DNA of 64,000 bases from Syntrophobacterales bacterium (GTDB lineage Bacteria; Desulfobacterota; Syntrophorhabdia; Syntrophorhabdales; Syntrophorhabdaceae): contig JAISPL010000037.1 of NCBI GenBank assembly GCA_031274925.1, positions 1,231-65,230 on the forward strand, in the 5' to 3' direction. The stretch's first letter is position 1. Each line of letters begins with the position of its first letter. Shown here in pieces: positions 1-11,609 of this stretch. A program made the translations under genes and the position numbers. The notes under the pieces were generated by a model. That model was not told where the DNA came from. It did no database searches and was given only the letters and a program-made list of their open reading frames with translations.

Positions 1-203
1 CCATACTTGTGCGCAGCCTCCGCTGCAGCCTCAATTACCTGAGGGTGGGCGTGCAGGGAAAGATAGCTGTTGGAGCAGAGGTTGAGGAACTTCTTGCCAT
101 TGAATAATATCCACGAGGCATCAAGCGGTTTTACATGGCGTATTGCCCGGTAATTGCCTTTCTGTTTTATATTTTCTAGGTTTACCTTTAATCTATCCCT
201 CAT
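1..203 (-). CDS. alpha-oxoamine synthase family PLP enzyme (BioF/Kbl-like), N-terminal 67 aa only; runs off the left edge
   Basis: My translation of the minus strand from ATG 203 gives MRDRLKVNLENIKQKGNYRAIRHVKPLDASWILFNGKKFLNLCSNSYLSLHAHPQVIEAAAEAAHKYG. The block LNxxSNxYLxLxxHPxV..A resembles the conserved N-terminus of 8-amino-7-oxononanoate synthase-type enzymes. An in-frame TAG upstream leaves ATG 203 as the only start. It is truncated, so it is absent from the ORF track. Confidence 0.55.
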   Translation of the reverse strand, partial: MRDRLKVNLENIKQKGNYRAIRHVKPLDASWILFNGKKFLNLCSNSYLSLHAHPQVIEAAAEAAHKY

Positions 204-349
204 GTAATTCTCGCGTATTCTCTTCCAGGCGACTCTTCCTGTAGGCCTTTCCTCTCGTATGTAAAGCTGTGCACAACAATCTATTACATATCACCGACGA
301 ACCAAGCGGTCAACAACATTCTTGTTGCAGGCCAACTAGCAACTACATA

Positions 350-383
350 ATAAAAAAACAGGGTGGACATGGCCCACCCTGTT
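350..383 (-). terminator. rho-independent terminator after the GcdA-like gene
   Basis: Hairpin CAGGGTGG / 7-nt loop / CCACCCTG at 359-381. On the minus strand it is followed by T7 (352-358), about 20 nt after the stop at 402. Confidence 0.75.
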
Positions 384-401
384 TATACCTACCTTATTTT
401 C

Positions 402-2120
402 TTAGCCTTTGATGATTCTGCAGAGTATCATCTGATGCTGTGGAGTAATGGACTTCGGATTCTGGTAACAGCAGTTCGCAAAACCCACGAGGTATTTCCT
501 TAAATCGCTCAGCTTTACGACTTCGTCAACAAGACCCATTTTGGCACAGTATGCCGGCCTAGACTTATCATAGTATTCTTTGACAAGCTTGTTCATCTGA
601 TCAATGACAGGCGCCAATGGCTTGCTTGAGTCTTTCTCTTTTACCAGTCTTCTTGCAAAACTCGCCACAGACGCAGTCTCACCGTGCATGACGTAAATCT
701 CCGTCGTGGCAGTGCCGATGGTAAAGGCGTTATTATTGTTCGCCTGGGGGCCGGCCATGATATAGTGGGCAGCAGCCGTTCCTTTTCTCAATACGATTGT
801 CATCATGGGAAGATCGCTCTGCTCAATGGAGTAAATGAGCGCCTGTCCGAGACCCAAGAGTTCGGCTTTCTCGGCGATGTCACCAACATCAATTCCCGAC
901 GTATCCTGAATCCAGAGCATGGGGACTCTATCCCTTCCGCACAGCGTGACAAACTCGTTCACTTTGATGAGTCCTTCGCGGTAGAACTTTCCACCAATGC
1001 CGGGATACGGCGCGTAGTACGGATAGCCTTTCGGCAGCATACCCTGTCTGTTTGCAACTACGCCAATGAGGAAGCCATCAATCTTGACAAGACCCGTATA
1101 AAGCTCTGGACCAAAACCTGGCCTAAACTCCATGTTCTCACTGTTATCGACCAACCTCGCCATGAGCTGCTCAACATCATAGGTCATTTTTTGGTTGAAA
1201 GAGAGGATGCTGTAAAGATCTTCTGCGGGAAATTTTGGCTCCGCCGGCTGCGCTACTCTGAAAAAACTCGCGTCGTATGCGGGCAGTTTGGCCATCCATG
1301 CCTTCAGTGAATCCAGAAGACTCTCCTCGGAAGGATGCACTTCCCTGAAAAATCCAGTGCTGTCATGATGTATCTCAACCCTACCGGGAGGCACTGATTT
1401 AAATTTCCTAGTTGCCTCTATGATCTGTTCAGCCATACCCTCGTCAAAAAAGCCCTTCGGCGCCATTCCACTCACAATACCCGCGCCGCCTACTGCGATG
1501 TTGCAGTCTTTATGGGCCAGTAGAAGTGTAGGGCTGATGCCCTGATATCCGCCGCCTGCTGGATTCGTTCCATATATTACCGCGATAACAGGAATGCCTA
1601 ACTTGTTCAACTCCGCGTGGCGGAAAAAAGTTGTTCCGCTTCCGCGCCGGTTAGCGTAAACTTTTTCCTGCTCGGGCAGTTTCACGCCACTGCAGTTGAC
1701 CAGCCACACAAGGGGGCAATGCAGTCTTTTCGCCATGTCGGTTACTCTGAGTATATTGTCCGACTGGCCGGCAATCCAAGCACCTGCCATAACTTTGTTG
1801 TCAAAACCAATGATCACGCACCATCTGCCGTTGATTCTCCCGAGGCCGTCTACAACGCCTGTTGTTCCGGATTCTTCGTCCATGGGATCATAAAGCAGAT
1901 GGAGAGGGGCCCAAGTACCAGGGTCTACGATATATTCCAGTCTCTGATGGACAGTCCATTCTCCTCTTTTGTTCAAAGCCTCTTTCGGCATTCCCGCGTT
2001 CTTATTCTTTTCAATAAGGTCCGATATCTCTTGTTCGACTTTCTTGATCTCTTCGGCATTAGCTGCATTTACCTTCGCCGATTTTCCCCAGTCCTGCATC
2101 TTTTCGAAGTAGGGTCTCAT
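402..2120 (-). CDS. gcdA: acyl-CoA carboxyltransferase, glutaconyl-CoA decarboxylase alpha-subunit-like
   Basis: 572-aa ORF with a two-lobed carboxyltransferase architecture. The N-terminal region WTVHQRLEYIVDPGTWAPLHLLYDP...GRINGRWCVIIGFDNKVMAGAW is of GcdA/methylmalonyl-CoA decarboxylase-alpha type. SD GGGAGG lies upstream of the ATG. Confidence 0.75.
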   Translation of the reverse strand: MRPYFEKMQDWGKSAKVNAANAEEIKKVEQEISDLIEKNKNAGMPKEALNKRGEWTVHQRLEYIVDPGTWAPLHLLYDPMDEESGTTGVVDGLGRINGRWCVIIGFDNKVMAGAWIAGQSDNILRVTDMAKRLHCPLVWLVNCSGVKLPEQEKVYANRRGSGTTFFRHAELNKLGIPVIAVIYGTNPAGGGYQGISPTLLLAHKDCNIAVGGAGIVSGMAPKGFFDEGMAEQIIEATRKFKSVPPGRVEIHHDSTGFFREVHPSEESLLDSLKAWMAKLPAYDASFFRVAQPAEPKFPAEDLYSILSFNQKMTYDVEQLMARLVDNSENMEFRPGFGPELYTGLVKIDGFLIGVVANRQGMLPKGYPYYAPYPGIGGKFYREGLIKVNEFVTLCGRDRVPMLWIQDTSGIDVGDIAEKAELLGLGQALIYSIEQSDLPMMTIVLRKGTAAAHYIMAGPQANNNNAFTIGTATTEIYVMHGETASVASFARRLVKEKDSSKPLAPVIDQMNKLVKEYYDKSRPAYCAKMGLVDEVVKLSDLRKYLVGFANCCYQNPKSITPQHQMILCRIIKG

Positions 2121-2172
2121 TTTTACCTCCCCTGAAGTTTTAATAGTATTTCAATTTGTAATAATTTTCACA

Positions 2173-2202
2173 ATTATATTGATATATAAAGCCTCTTGTC
2201 AA
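2173..2202 (-). promoter_or_regulatory. sigma70-type promoter for the GcdA-like gene
   Basis: The minus strand reads TTGACA-18 nt-TATAAT (-35 at 2197-2202, -10 at 2173-2178), about 50 nt upstream of ATG 2120. Confidence 0.55.
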
Positions 2203-2390
2203 CATAAATTGGAAAATTATTCAGCATAGTTGAAATACCTGCTCTCGTGATCAATATATACAAAACAATGCCACACTTGAGTGCATCAATTAGTCCTCCG
2301 GAAAGAGCGATCAAGCGCGAATACCCAAGCCGCGATACCCCCTCCTGATCATTTTCTCAAGGCAGGACCATACCGGAAACCCGTCCCAGA

Positions 2391-3677
2391 TCAGTGTTTG
2401 AATAGCCTCTGGCCCGCAAAGGCCATGGTTACGTTTGCCTCGTTGCACGCCTCAATCACTTCGAAATCGCGCTCGGACCCACCAGGTTGTATAATCCCGG
2501 TAACGCCCTCCTTTATAGCGGCGTCCACACCGTCTCTGAATGGAAAAAACCCGTCCGATACGACAACGGACCCTATGAGTCCCGCCTTCCGTTCTCTGGT
2601 AAACCGCTCTATTTCGATGAGATCCTCCATCTTCCGCTTCCCCCTGTCCGCCTCCAACCTGAATACCGCGTATGGAACCCCGTATTTCTTGAATACCTCG
2701 GCATCCATGAACTTCTTGTAGGCTTTGAAGGTAGCGACCTCCACCACACCTACCCTGTCCTGTTCTCCTGTTCCGATAGCGATGGTAGCCTCGTCCTTTA
2801 TGAAAAGAGCGGAATTGGAGCTTACGCCTGATTCCACGTACCACCCGAACAGCATATCGGTATATTCTCTGTCCGTGGGCGCCCTCCTGATCCGGTACGT
2901 TTCGCCTTTATAGACCGTTTCCGCAGGCTTCAGGTCCTCCTTGCCCTTAATCCTGAAAGGCTGGGATTCCTGAATGATGAGTCCACCGTCCATCAAAGAC
3001 TTAATATCAATGTACCTCTTCGTCTTGAATGCTTGAAGTCGCGCAATATTGTCGATCTTGAGTATCCTAAGATTCTTCCATTTTTTTAAAATATCAATAG
3101 CATCCCCTTCAAAATCGGGTGCGGCCACCACCTCAAAGTAATACGGCGCCATAGCTTTTGCCGTCTCAGCATCCAGCGCCTTACTGAATACCACCGCTCC
3201 TCCGAATGCGGCGATCCTGTCGCACCAGAACGCCTTTTCGAATGCTTCCGCCGAGGTAGCACCATAAGCCACACCGCACGGGTTATTATGCTTCATGATC
3301 GCACACGCAGACTTACGGTCGAGAAATTTGAGGATATTAAGGGCATTATCAACGTCTGTCAGGTTGATCTTTCCCGGGTGTTTTCCCACCTGCAACATAT
3401 CTTTTTCGGTTATCTTGCTGGTTAGACCTCCGTCGAAATCGAAGAATTTGACATCCCCGAGGATAATATTGCCGTTTATCAATTCATACATGGCTGCCGC
3501 CTGGTCCGGATTTTCTCCGTACCTGATTCCTCTCTCTACATTGCAATTCTCATCGGCATCGAAAATATTCCAAATCCTTTTTTTGTACACAAGGGTCTGC
3601 CCGCCCATATCAATCTTCATGGTGTCGGGAAAGTTGTCCTTTACGACCTTCTTGTACATCCCTTTAATATCGTCCAC
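2391..3677 (-). CDS. purH: AICAR formyltransferase domain protein (PurH-like, lacks the N-terminal IMP cyclohydrolase/MGS domain)
   Basis: 428 aa. The RYGENPDQAAAMY motif (GENPHQ of the AICARFT domain) sits near residue 53 rather than about 215. Other motifs: KHNNPCGVA and a C-terminal GGSERD. Confidence 0.75.
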   Translation of the reverse strand: MDDIKGMYKKVVKDNFPDTMKIDMGGQTLVYKKRIWNIFDADENCNVERGIRYGENPDQAAAMYELINGNIILGDVKFFDFDGGLTSKITEKDMLQVGKHPGKINLTDVDNALNILKFLDRKSACAIMKHNNPCGVAYGATSAEAFEKAFWCDRIAAFGGAVVFSKALDAETAKAMAPYYFEVVAAPDFEGDAIDILKKWKNLRILKIDNIARLQAFKTKRYIDIKSLMDGGLIIQESQPFRIKGKEDLKPAETVYKGETYRIRRAPTDREYTDMLFGWYVESGVSSNSALFIKDEATIAIGTGEQDRVGVVEVATFKAYKKFMDAEVFKKYGVPYAVFRLEADRGKRKMEDLIEIERFTRERKAGLIGSVVVSDGFFPFRDGVDAAIKEGVTGIIQPGGSERDFEVIEACNEANVTMAFAGQRLFKH

Positions 3678-3762
3678 GGCGCCCCCATTGTATGGTTTAA
3701 TATTCTTAATTTCGACAAACCAGAAGTTTCCGTCTGTAAAGAGTACCCAGGTTCGGCGGTGC

Positions 3763-5649
3763 TTATCGGCTTATACCGAGAAGCATCTTTGCCACGGATG
3801 CTGCGTCGAGTCCTTCCGCCGCGTAGGCCTCCTCGGCATCGTCCGACACTCCGTACGCCTTTACTCCTAAAGACTCCATCCGACCTGTATACCCATGACT
3901 TAGAAGATACGTTGCAATGCGCGGCGCGATCCCTGTGAGGACATTATGATCTTCATAGGTAACCACTAGGGGGAGTCCGCGGAGTTTTTTCATCACTTCC
4001 CCGTCAACCTCCTTCACGCTCGACATATTGACAACACCAACGTACATGTCTTCCCGTTCTAATATCTCCGATACATGAAGGGCTTTGTGTACCATTCCCC
4101 CGTAGGCGATGATAACCCCATCCTTCCCTTCCTTTAATACATCCATTGTGCCATACTGATATTCATATCCGTCTCCGTAGAATGCGGACCGGTCACTCCT
4201 CACGGTAACACCCCAGCGGGACCGGCCCATAGCCACCAGAAAATTCCCTTTGCTGGCCGCTACGTACCGCGTCACCCTGTCCATCTGATTCGGATCGCAC
4301 GGCACAATTACCTTGAAGTTGTGTAAGTTATTTGCTAGGCCTATGTAGTCTACGCATTGATGCGTTTTCCCGTCTTGACCAACATCAAGACCCACATGAG
4401 TGAGAATAAGCTTGAGGTTGGCCTTGTTTATATCGTTAAGCCTCTGCTGGTTGTAGGTCTCATCTATTCCGAAGGCCCCAAAATCGGCAAAAAACGTAAG
4501 GATACCATCGGTCGACAGGGCACCAGCAATGGTGGCAGTGTTATGTTCCTGGATGCCACCCTGAAAGAAATACTCGGGAAAAACTTTCGCAAAATCGGCC
4601 GTTTTCACGGAACTTGCTAAATCACAGTCAAAAACACAGATAATATTGCCTTTAGGTATATTCCTTTCCGCCAAGTCTTTCAGCGCTTTGCCGAAAGCTG
4701 TTCTGTTGTCAATCTTGTCCTCGTCGGAGTAAGTGAAGGGAATGCCGGGGTCTATTGCGATCTCTTTATCTCTCATAGGGATTTTCCATGAACACTGACC
4801 ATTCCTGTTCACCTTGTATGTCTCAAAATCGTCTTTCAGTCCAAGAGTCCGCAAGGCTTCCCTATATTCACTTTCGTTAAGCGGACTACCGTGATATTTT
4901 TCCTTGTTTTCCATAAAAGGTATGCCCTTCCCCATTATGGTATGGGCAATAATACAGGTAGGGTTTTCATTGATTCTGGTCCTTTTAAAAGCCCGGTAAA
5001 CCTCATCATAATTATGACCATCAATTTCAAGAACATCCCATCCATCAGAGAGATAGTTCTCGGCAATATTCTGCGGCATTACAGAATCTATGGCCCCACT
5101 GATCTGAAGACCGTTATAATCAACGATTACCGTGATATTTAAAAGGCCAAATTTCTTGGCAAACCGCCTTGCCTCCGAGATCTGCCCTTTTTGCTGTTCA
5201 CCATCCCCCATAAACACGTATATATGAGAGTCTTCACCTCGTATTTTCGAACCTATTGCAAATCCGCAACCTGCGGAAAGCCCCTGTCCAAGATTCCCTG
5301 TCGACCAATCTATGAAGGGTATACCCTTTACCACATGTCCCTCAAAGGGACTCCGAGCCTTTCTGAAAAAAGTAACGACCTCATCACGCGGAAGATGTCC
5401 AAGCCTCGCGAGGCTCGAGTAAACGCCGGGGGATGTGTGACCATGGCTGACCACAATACGGTCCCTGGGTTCCCCTGTCAGTCTCGCATATGAAAAAAGC
5501 ACAAGATACATGTCGAGGGACGAGATAGATCCTCCAGGGTGACCTGAGCCAGCCAGTCTCGTCATCGTTATAATATCGCCTTTTGCAAGACGCGAAAGCT
5601 CGCTGAGCTTCTGACAATCCGCCTCACTAAGTTTTTCTTTTTCAAACAT
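3763..5649 (-). CDS. tkt: transketolase (single polypeptide of the short N+C type)
   Basis: 628 aa. TPP-binding motifs SGHPGGSISS and GDGEQQKG are followed by pyrimidine-binding and C-terminal domains. The start overlaps the upstream nth stop by 8 nt. Confidence 0.85.
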   Translation of the reverse strand: MFEKEKLSEADCQKLSELSRLAKGDIITMTRLAGSGHPGGSISSLDMYLVLFSYARLTGEPRDRIVVSHGHTSPGVYSSLARLGHLPRDEVVTFFRKARSPFEGHVVKGIPFIDWSTGNLGQGLSAGCGFAIGSKIRGEDSHIYVFMGDGEQQKGQISEARRFAKKFGLLNITVIVDYNGLQISGAIDSVMPQNIAENYLSDGWDVLEIDGHNYDEVYRAFKRTRINENPTCIIAHTIMGKGIPFMENKEKYHGSPLNESEYREALRTLGLKDDFETYKVNRNGQCSWKIPMRDKEIAIDPGIPFTYSDEDKIDNRTAFGKALKDLAERNIPKGNIICVFDCDLASSVKTADFAKVFPEYFFQGGIQEHNTATIAGALSTDGILTFFADFGAFGIDETYNQQRLNDINKANLKLILTHVGLDVGQDGKTHQCVDYIGLANNLHNFKVIVPCDPNQMDRVTRYVAASKGNFLVAMGRSRWGVTVRSDRSAFYGDGYEYQYGTMDVLKEGKDGVIIAYGGMVHKALHVSEILEREDMYVGVVNMSSVKEVDGEVMKKLRGLPLVVTYEDHNVLTGIAPRIATYLLSHGYTGRMESLGVKAYGVSDDAEEAYAAEGLDAASVAKMLLGISR

Positions 5650-6280
5650 TCGCCTTTCCTCCTAGCAAGTAATCACAGTAGTCCCGTATAAGACACCTTT
5701 CACATTCGGGTTTCCGCGCCAGACAGATGTAACGGCCATGAAGGGTGACGAGAAGGGAGAATTTCAGCCAGTCCCCTTCCGTAACCTTCTGTTTCAGGTC
5801 CTTTTCTATCTTCTCCGGATTTTTGTTACTCGTAAGACCTACCCTGTTTGAAACCCTGATCACATGAGTATCGACTATAACCGCAGGTTTTCTGAAGGCG
5901 ATTCCTGCAATCAAATTTGCGGATTTCCTTCCTATCCCCTTAATCGTCGCAAGGGCAACAACGTCTTCGGGTATATGACCGCCGAAGCGTTCTTCCACTT
6001 CGGTCGCGATATTCTTGATAGCCTTCGCCTTCTTTTTGAAGAAGCCGGTTGGTCTGATATCCTCTTCAAGCTCTTCAAGTGGAACACGGAGGTAATCCGT
6101 GAATCCTTTATATTTCTTAAAAAGTATAGGTGTAGTTCTGTTCACCCGCTCGTCCGTACATTGCGCAGACAAAACAGTTGCCACGACAAGTTCAAGGGGC
6201 GTACCAAATTTCAGCTCGTTCCTTTCCTCCCCGTGCATCTTTCTCAGGGCAGCTATTATCACATTTATGTTTTTTTCCAT
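5642..6280 (-). CDS. nth: endonuclease III (DNA glycosylase/AP lyase)
   Basis: 212 aa. HhH motif with catalytic Lys (GIGRKSANLIAG), VDTHVIR (Asp), and a C-terminal 4Fe-4S motif CX6CX2CX5C (CLARKPECERCLIRDYC). Confidence 0.9.
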   Translation of the reverse strand: MEKNINVIIAALRKMHGEERNELKFGTPLELVVATVLSAQCTDERVNRTTPILFKKYKGFTDYLRVPLEELEEDIRPTGFFKKKAKAIKNIATEVEERFGGHIPEDVVALATIKGIGRKSANLIAGIAFRKPAVIVDTHVIRVSNRVGLTSNKNPEKIEKDLKQKVTEGDWLKFSLLVTLHGRYICLARKPECERCLIRDYCDYLLGGKANV

Positions 6281-6940
6281 ATTGCAACTCCACGAGCGAG
6301 TGTATTTCTTATATCACTAACACCCTGTGTATTCAATATGTCATTAAACTTCTGTCGCCCATTGCGGGTAATTCCAACTCCGCACACAATTTAGGTGGTT
6401 CCCGATGTAGATTGCGGCGTCATGTCATGGTTTATGGAAACCATTGCGCCACACTTTTAATCGTACTTGAAGTGCCTCCAGTCGATATCAATCAGCACCA
6501 ACTCGCATTCGCTCCATGAGCACATTGTTCTTTCTAGGGCTGTACTGTCAATGAAGGTTCATCACGTCCACGCCAGAGACCCGTCTCTGGATAAAGAGCA
6601 ATCGGCCCGTAGGTACCTGGCATGGTCCTAAAAGATCCTCCATGGCCTTCGTATAATCCATCGCTTCCATTTGCTTTATGCTGAAGCCCGAATGAACCGA
6701 TCTATCGTAAAGAGGATCTAATCATCTTAATCCAAACTGCCGTCGGAAGGAATATGCCGGCCTCTTCAAAAAAATGCGGATCAGCTTTCAGGCCATGCCT
6801 CTATATCATAAGTAGCAAAATCAACCGGGGAAAAAGATAGCGGATAGCGATACAGAAAAACATACTACATGGAAAGAAAAGTCAAATGCCATATAGACTC
6901 AATTCCATGTATTCTGTGGTTTTGCTATTCGCTATTTGTC

Positions 6941-9005
<2,065 letters not shown>

Positions 9006-9157
9006 CTCACCAAGCCCTTGGGTAGTAAATAGTGAATCAACAAAATGAAATGGTCGGCTGTCGGCTGTATCGTCAGTATGCTGGGTAGCGACCCTTCACA
9101 ATTCTTCCGCAAAGAGAGAAGTGCTAAGTCTAAAAATTCCGGTAAAGAGGCCTTCGC

Positions 9158-9859
9158 ATGTTGGCAATCATCGCAGGAACATCGTTAATAGAGTCTGCCC
9201 TTTTTGCGGCGTGGAAGAATACCTCCGTGCAGACACCTTACGGCGGAGTAACGGTAAAAACCGACAGTAAACATTGGTTTTTACAGAGACACGGGGACCC
9301 TCCCATGCCGCCCCACCGCATAAACCATCGCGCTCACATATGGGCACTTAAGATGCTAAAGGTTACTGAGATCGTAGCTTTCAACTCGGTGGGAAGCCTG
9401 AAACTGAAAATTGAGCCTGCCGCGCTCGTGCTACCCCATGATTTTATATCTCCATGGGATGTCCCTACCATGTTCGACCATGAAATGAGATTCACGGTCC
9501 CCGAAATGGACACGGCTCTCAGGAGCCATCTTGAGGGGGTCTGCCGTGAACTGGGTTTTGACGTGGTCGATGGTGGAGTCTATATACAGACCAAGGGTCC
9601 AAGACTCGAAACCAAAGCCGAGATCCGTTATCTACGGAGACTTGGTGACATCGTAGGAATGACAATGGCATCTGAGGCAACCCTTTGTACGGAAGTGGGG
9701 CTGCACTATACAAGTCTGTGTTCTGTTGATAATTACTGTAACGGCATCAGCAAAGTACCGTTAACAGTCAAGGAGATAGAAACCAACGTGCTCAAAAACA
9801 GTGAAAGACTGGAGTCTATAATCAACGGCATTATCTCGAAGGACTTTAAGAATAGATGA
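9158..9859 (+). CDS. mtnP: 5'-methylthioadenosine / methylthioinosine phosphorylase family (PNP family 2)
   Basis: 233 aa. N-terminus AIIAGTSL, then QTKGPRLETKAEIRYLRRLGDIVGMTMASEATL, typical of MTAP-type phosphorylases. The stop overlaps the mtaD start (ATGA). Confidence 0.7.
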   Translation: MLAIIAGTSLIESALFAAWKNTSVQTPYGGVTVKTDSKHWFLQRHGDPPMPPHRINHRAHIWALKMLKVTEIVAFNSVGSLKLKIEPAALVLPHDFISPWDVPTMFDHEMRFTVPEMDTALRSHLEGVCRELGFDVVDGGVYIQTKGPRLETKAEIRYLRRLGDIVGMTMASEATLCTEVGLHYTSLCSVDNYCNGISKVPLTVKEIETNVLKNSERLESIINGIISKDFKNR

Positions 9860-11112
9860 AGATACTCGTTAAAGGAGCGTTTCTGGACGGACAGCAAAGA
9901 GACGTCTTTCTCGAAAACGGCACGATCCAGGAAATATCGGAAAATTGCAAACGCGAGGCGGACCACACAGTCGACGGAAGAGGTAAAGTCCTTTTACCTT
10001 CTTTCATAAACGGGCATACCCATTCGGCCATGACGCTTTTCAGAGGATATGCCGACGATATGCCCCTTAAGCCCTGGCTGGAACAAAAAATATGGCCCCT
10101 TGAGGCCAAACTGACGGAAGAGGATGTTTATTGGGGAGCGAAACTTGCCTGCTTGGAGATGATAAAGAACGGAATCACTGTCTTCAACGACATGTACTGG
10201 TTCTGGGAAGCCACCGCGAAAGCAGTGCGTGACATGGGGATCAGAGGCTTCATTGGTGCCGTTTTCATAGACATGTTTGATCAGAACAAATGCCAGCAGG
10301 AGATCGATAATAATATAAGGCTGTTCGAGATTTCGGAAAAATATCGGCCCCATGTGACATTTACCTTCGGTCCTCATGCCGTCTATACAGTCTGCAAGGA
10401 GAGCCTCCAATGGATGCGCGATTTCTCCGAAAAACACGATATTCTAATCCATATGCATCTTTCGGAGACCGGTGAGGAAGACACGTTCGCTCAAGAGCGA
10501 TATGGGATGTCGCCCGTCGGGTTTCTCGATTCCATGGATATTCTCTCACAAAGGTTTTTGGGATGTCATGGTTGCTGGCTCACTGAAAAGGACTGTGATC
10601 TGCTCAAGACAAAAGGTGTAAGTCTTGTTCATAATCCGGTCTCCAACATGAAGCTTGCAGTAGGCAAGTTTTTTCCTTATCGTAGTATCGCGGAGCGGGC
10701 GATCCCTTTTTGTCTCGGGACCGATGGATGCGCTTCCAACAACCACTTGGACCTCATAGAATCAATGAAATTTGCCTCCCTATTGGCAAAGTTTTCCACC
10801 GGAGATCCTACTGCCCTTCCCGCCAAGGAAGTATTCAGAATAGCCACTGAAGACGCGGCCCTCATATTCGGACTGGGTAACTGGAGAATCAAAGTTGGAT
10901 GCAATCCCGATCTTATTCTCGTTGATCCGGCACGGCCGGAGTTGACCCCAGGCTTCGACATCTATTCAGACGTAGTCTATTCCTCGAATGGTTATATTGT
11001 GGATACAGTGATTTCAATGGGTAAAGTAGTGATGGAAAACAGGTGTGTGCCCGATGAGAGCGAAATTATTAAGAACGCCAAAATGGTGTCAAAAGCCTTG
11101 GTTGCACGATAA
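9856..11112 (+). CDS. mtaD: amidohydrolase, 5-methylthioadenosine/S-adenosylhomocysteine deaminase-like
   Basis: 418 aa. Metal-binding GHTHSAMTLFRGYADDMPLKPWL, HMHLSET and GTDGCASNN are typical of the MtaD/DadD deaminase family. Confidence 0.8.
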   Translation: MKILVKGAFLDGQQRDVFLENGTIQEISENCKREADHTVDGRGKVLLPSFINGHTHSAMTLFRGYADDMPLKPWLEQKIWPLEAKLTEEDVYWGAKLACLEMIKNGITVFNDMYWFWEATAKAVRDMGIRGFIGAVFIDMFDQNKCQQEIDNNIRLFEISEKYRPHVTFTFGPHAVYTVCKESLQWMRDFSEKHDILIHMHLSETGEEDTFAQERYGMSPVGFLDSMDILSQRFLGCHGCWLTEKDCDLLKTKGVSLVHNPVSNMKLAVGKFFPYRSIAERAIPFCLGTDGCASNNHLDLIESMKFASLLAKFSTGDPTALPAKEVFRIATEDAALIFGLGNWRIKVGCNPDLILVDPARPELTPGFDIYSDVVYSSNGYIVDTVISMGKVVMENRCVPDESEIIKNAKMVSKALVAR

Positions 11113-11609
11113 TAGTCTTCGGAGACCGGCAAATATAAACGAACAGGATATTTTGGATTTCAGGCAATTGTTATGAGGTTTGTATGTAATGTGATGCTCG
11201 AAAAACCGACAAAATTAGTTAATGATGTTCTAAGGATGTTAGGGCTATACACGGTCTATATAAAAACAGGGCAGGAATTCGACAAATTTATCGCCCTCCA
11301 CGAACAGACACCATACTGGCTGTTTAGCGGAGATTGTGCGTTAGATTCGGCGAACACATCGTGTTCGTGTGGCTCACAGGCCGAAAGACCAGTTCAGAGA
11401 ATCCACCACGTGATTGATCCGTACGTGGGGCCCAGTGCATCGAATGTAACGTACGCCTAATCCGAATCCCAAGAGAGGAAATCGAGCCTTATATGCCCGA
11501 ATTTGCTTTCATCGCTACGAACGCTTCAGGCAATACCCGTTTGCCGGAAAGTCTATTATGAGAAGGAACCCACGCATCACAAATATCTGATTCATGAAGG
11601 AGGCCGCCA

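Noticed and set aside
11173-11460. 95-aa plus-strand ORF in the mtaD-nth gap
   Set aside because: It has no SD and no recognisable motif, and its composition is not clearly coding. I could not support it as a gene.
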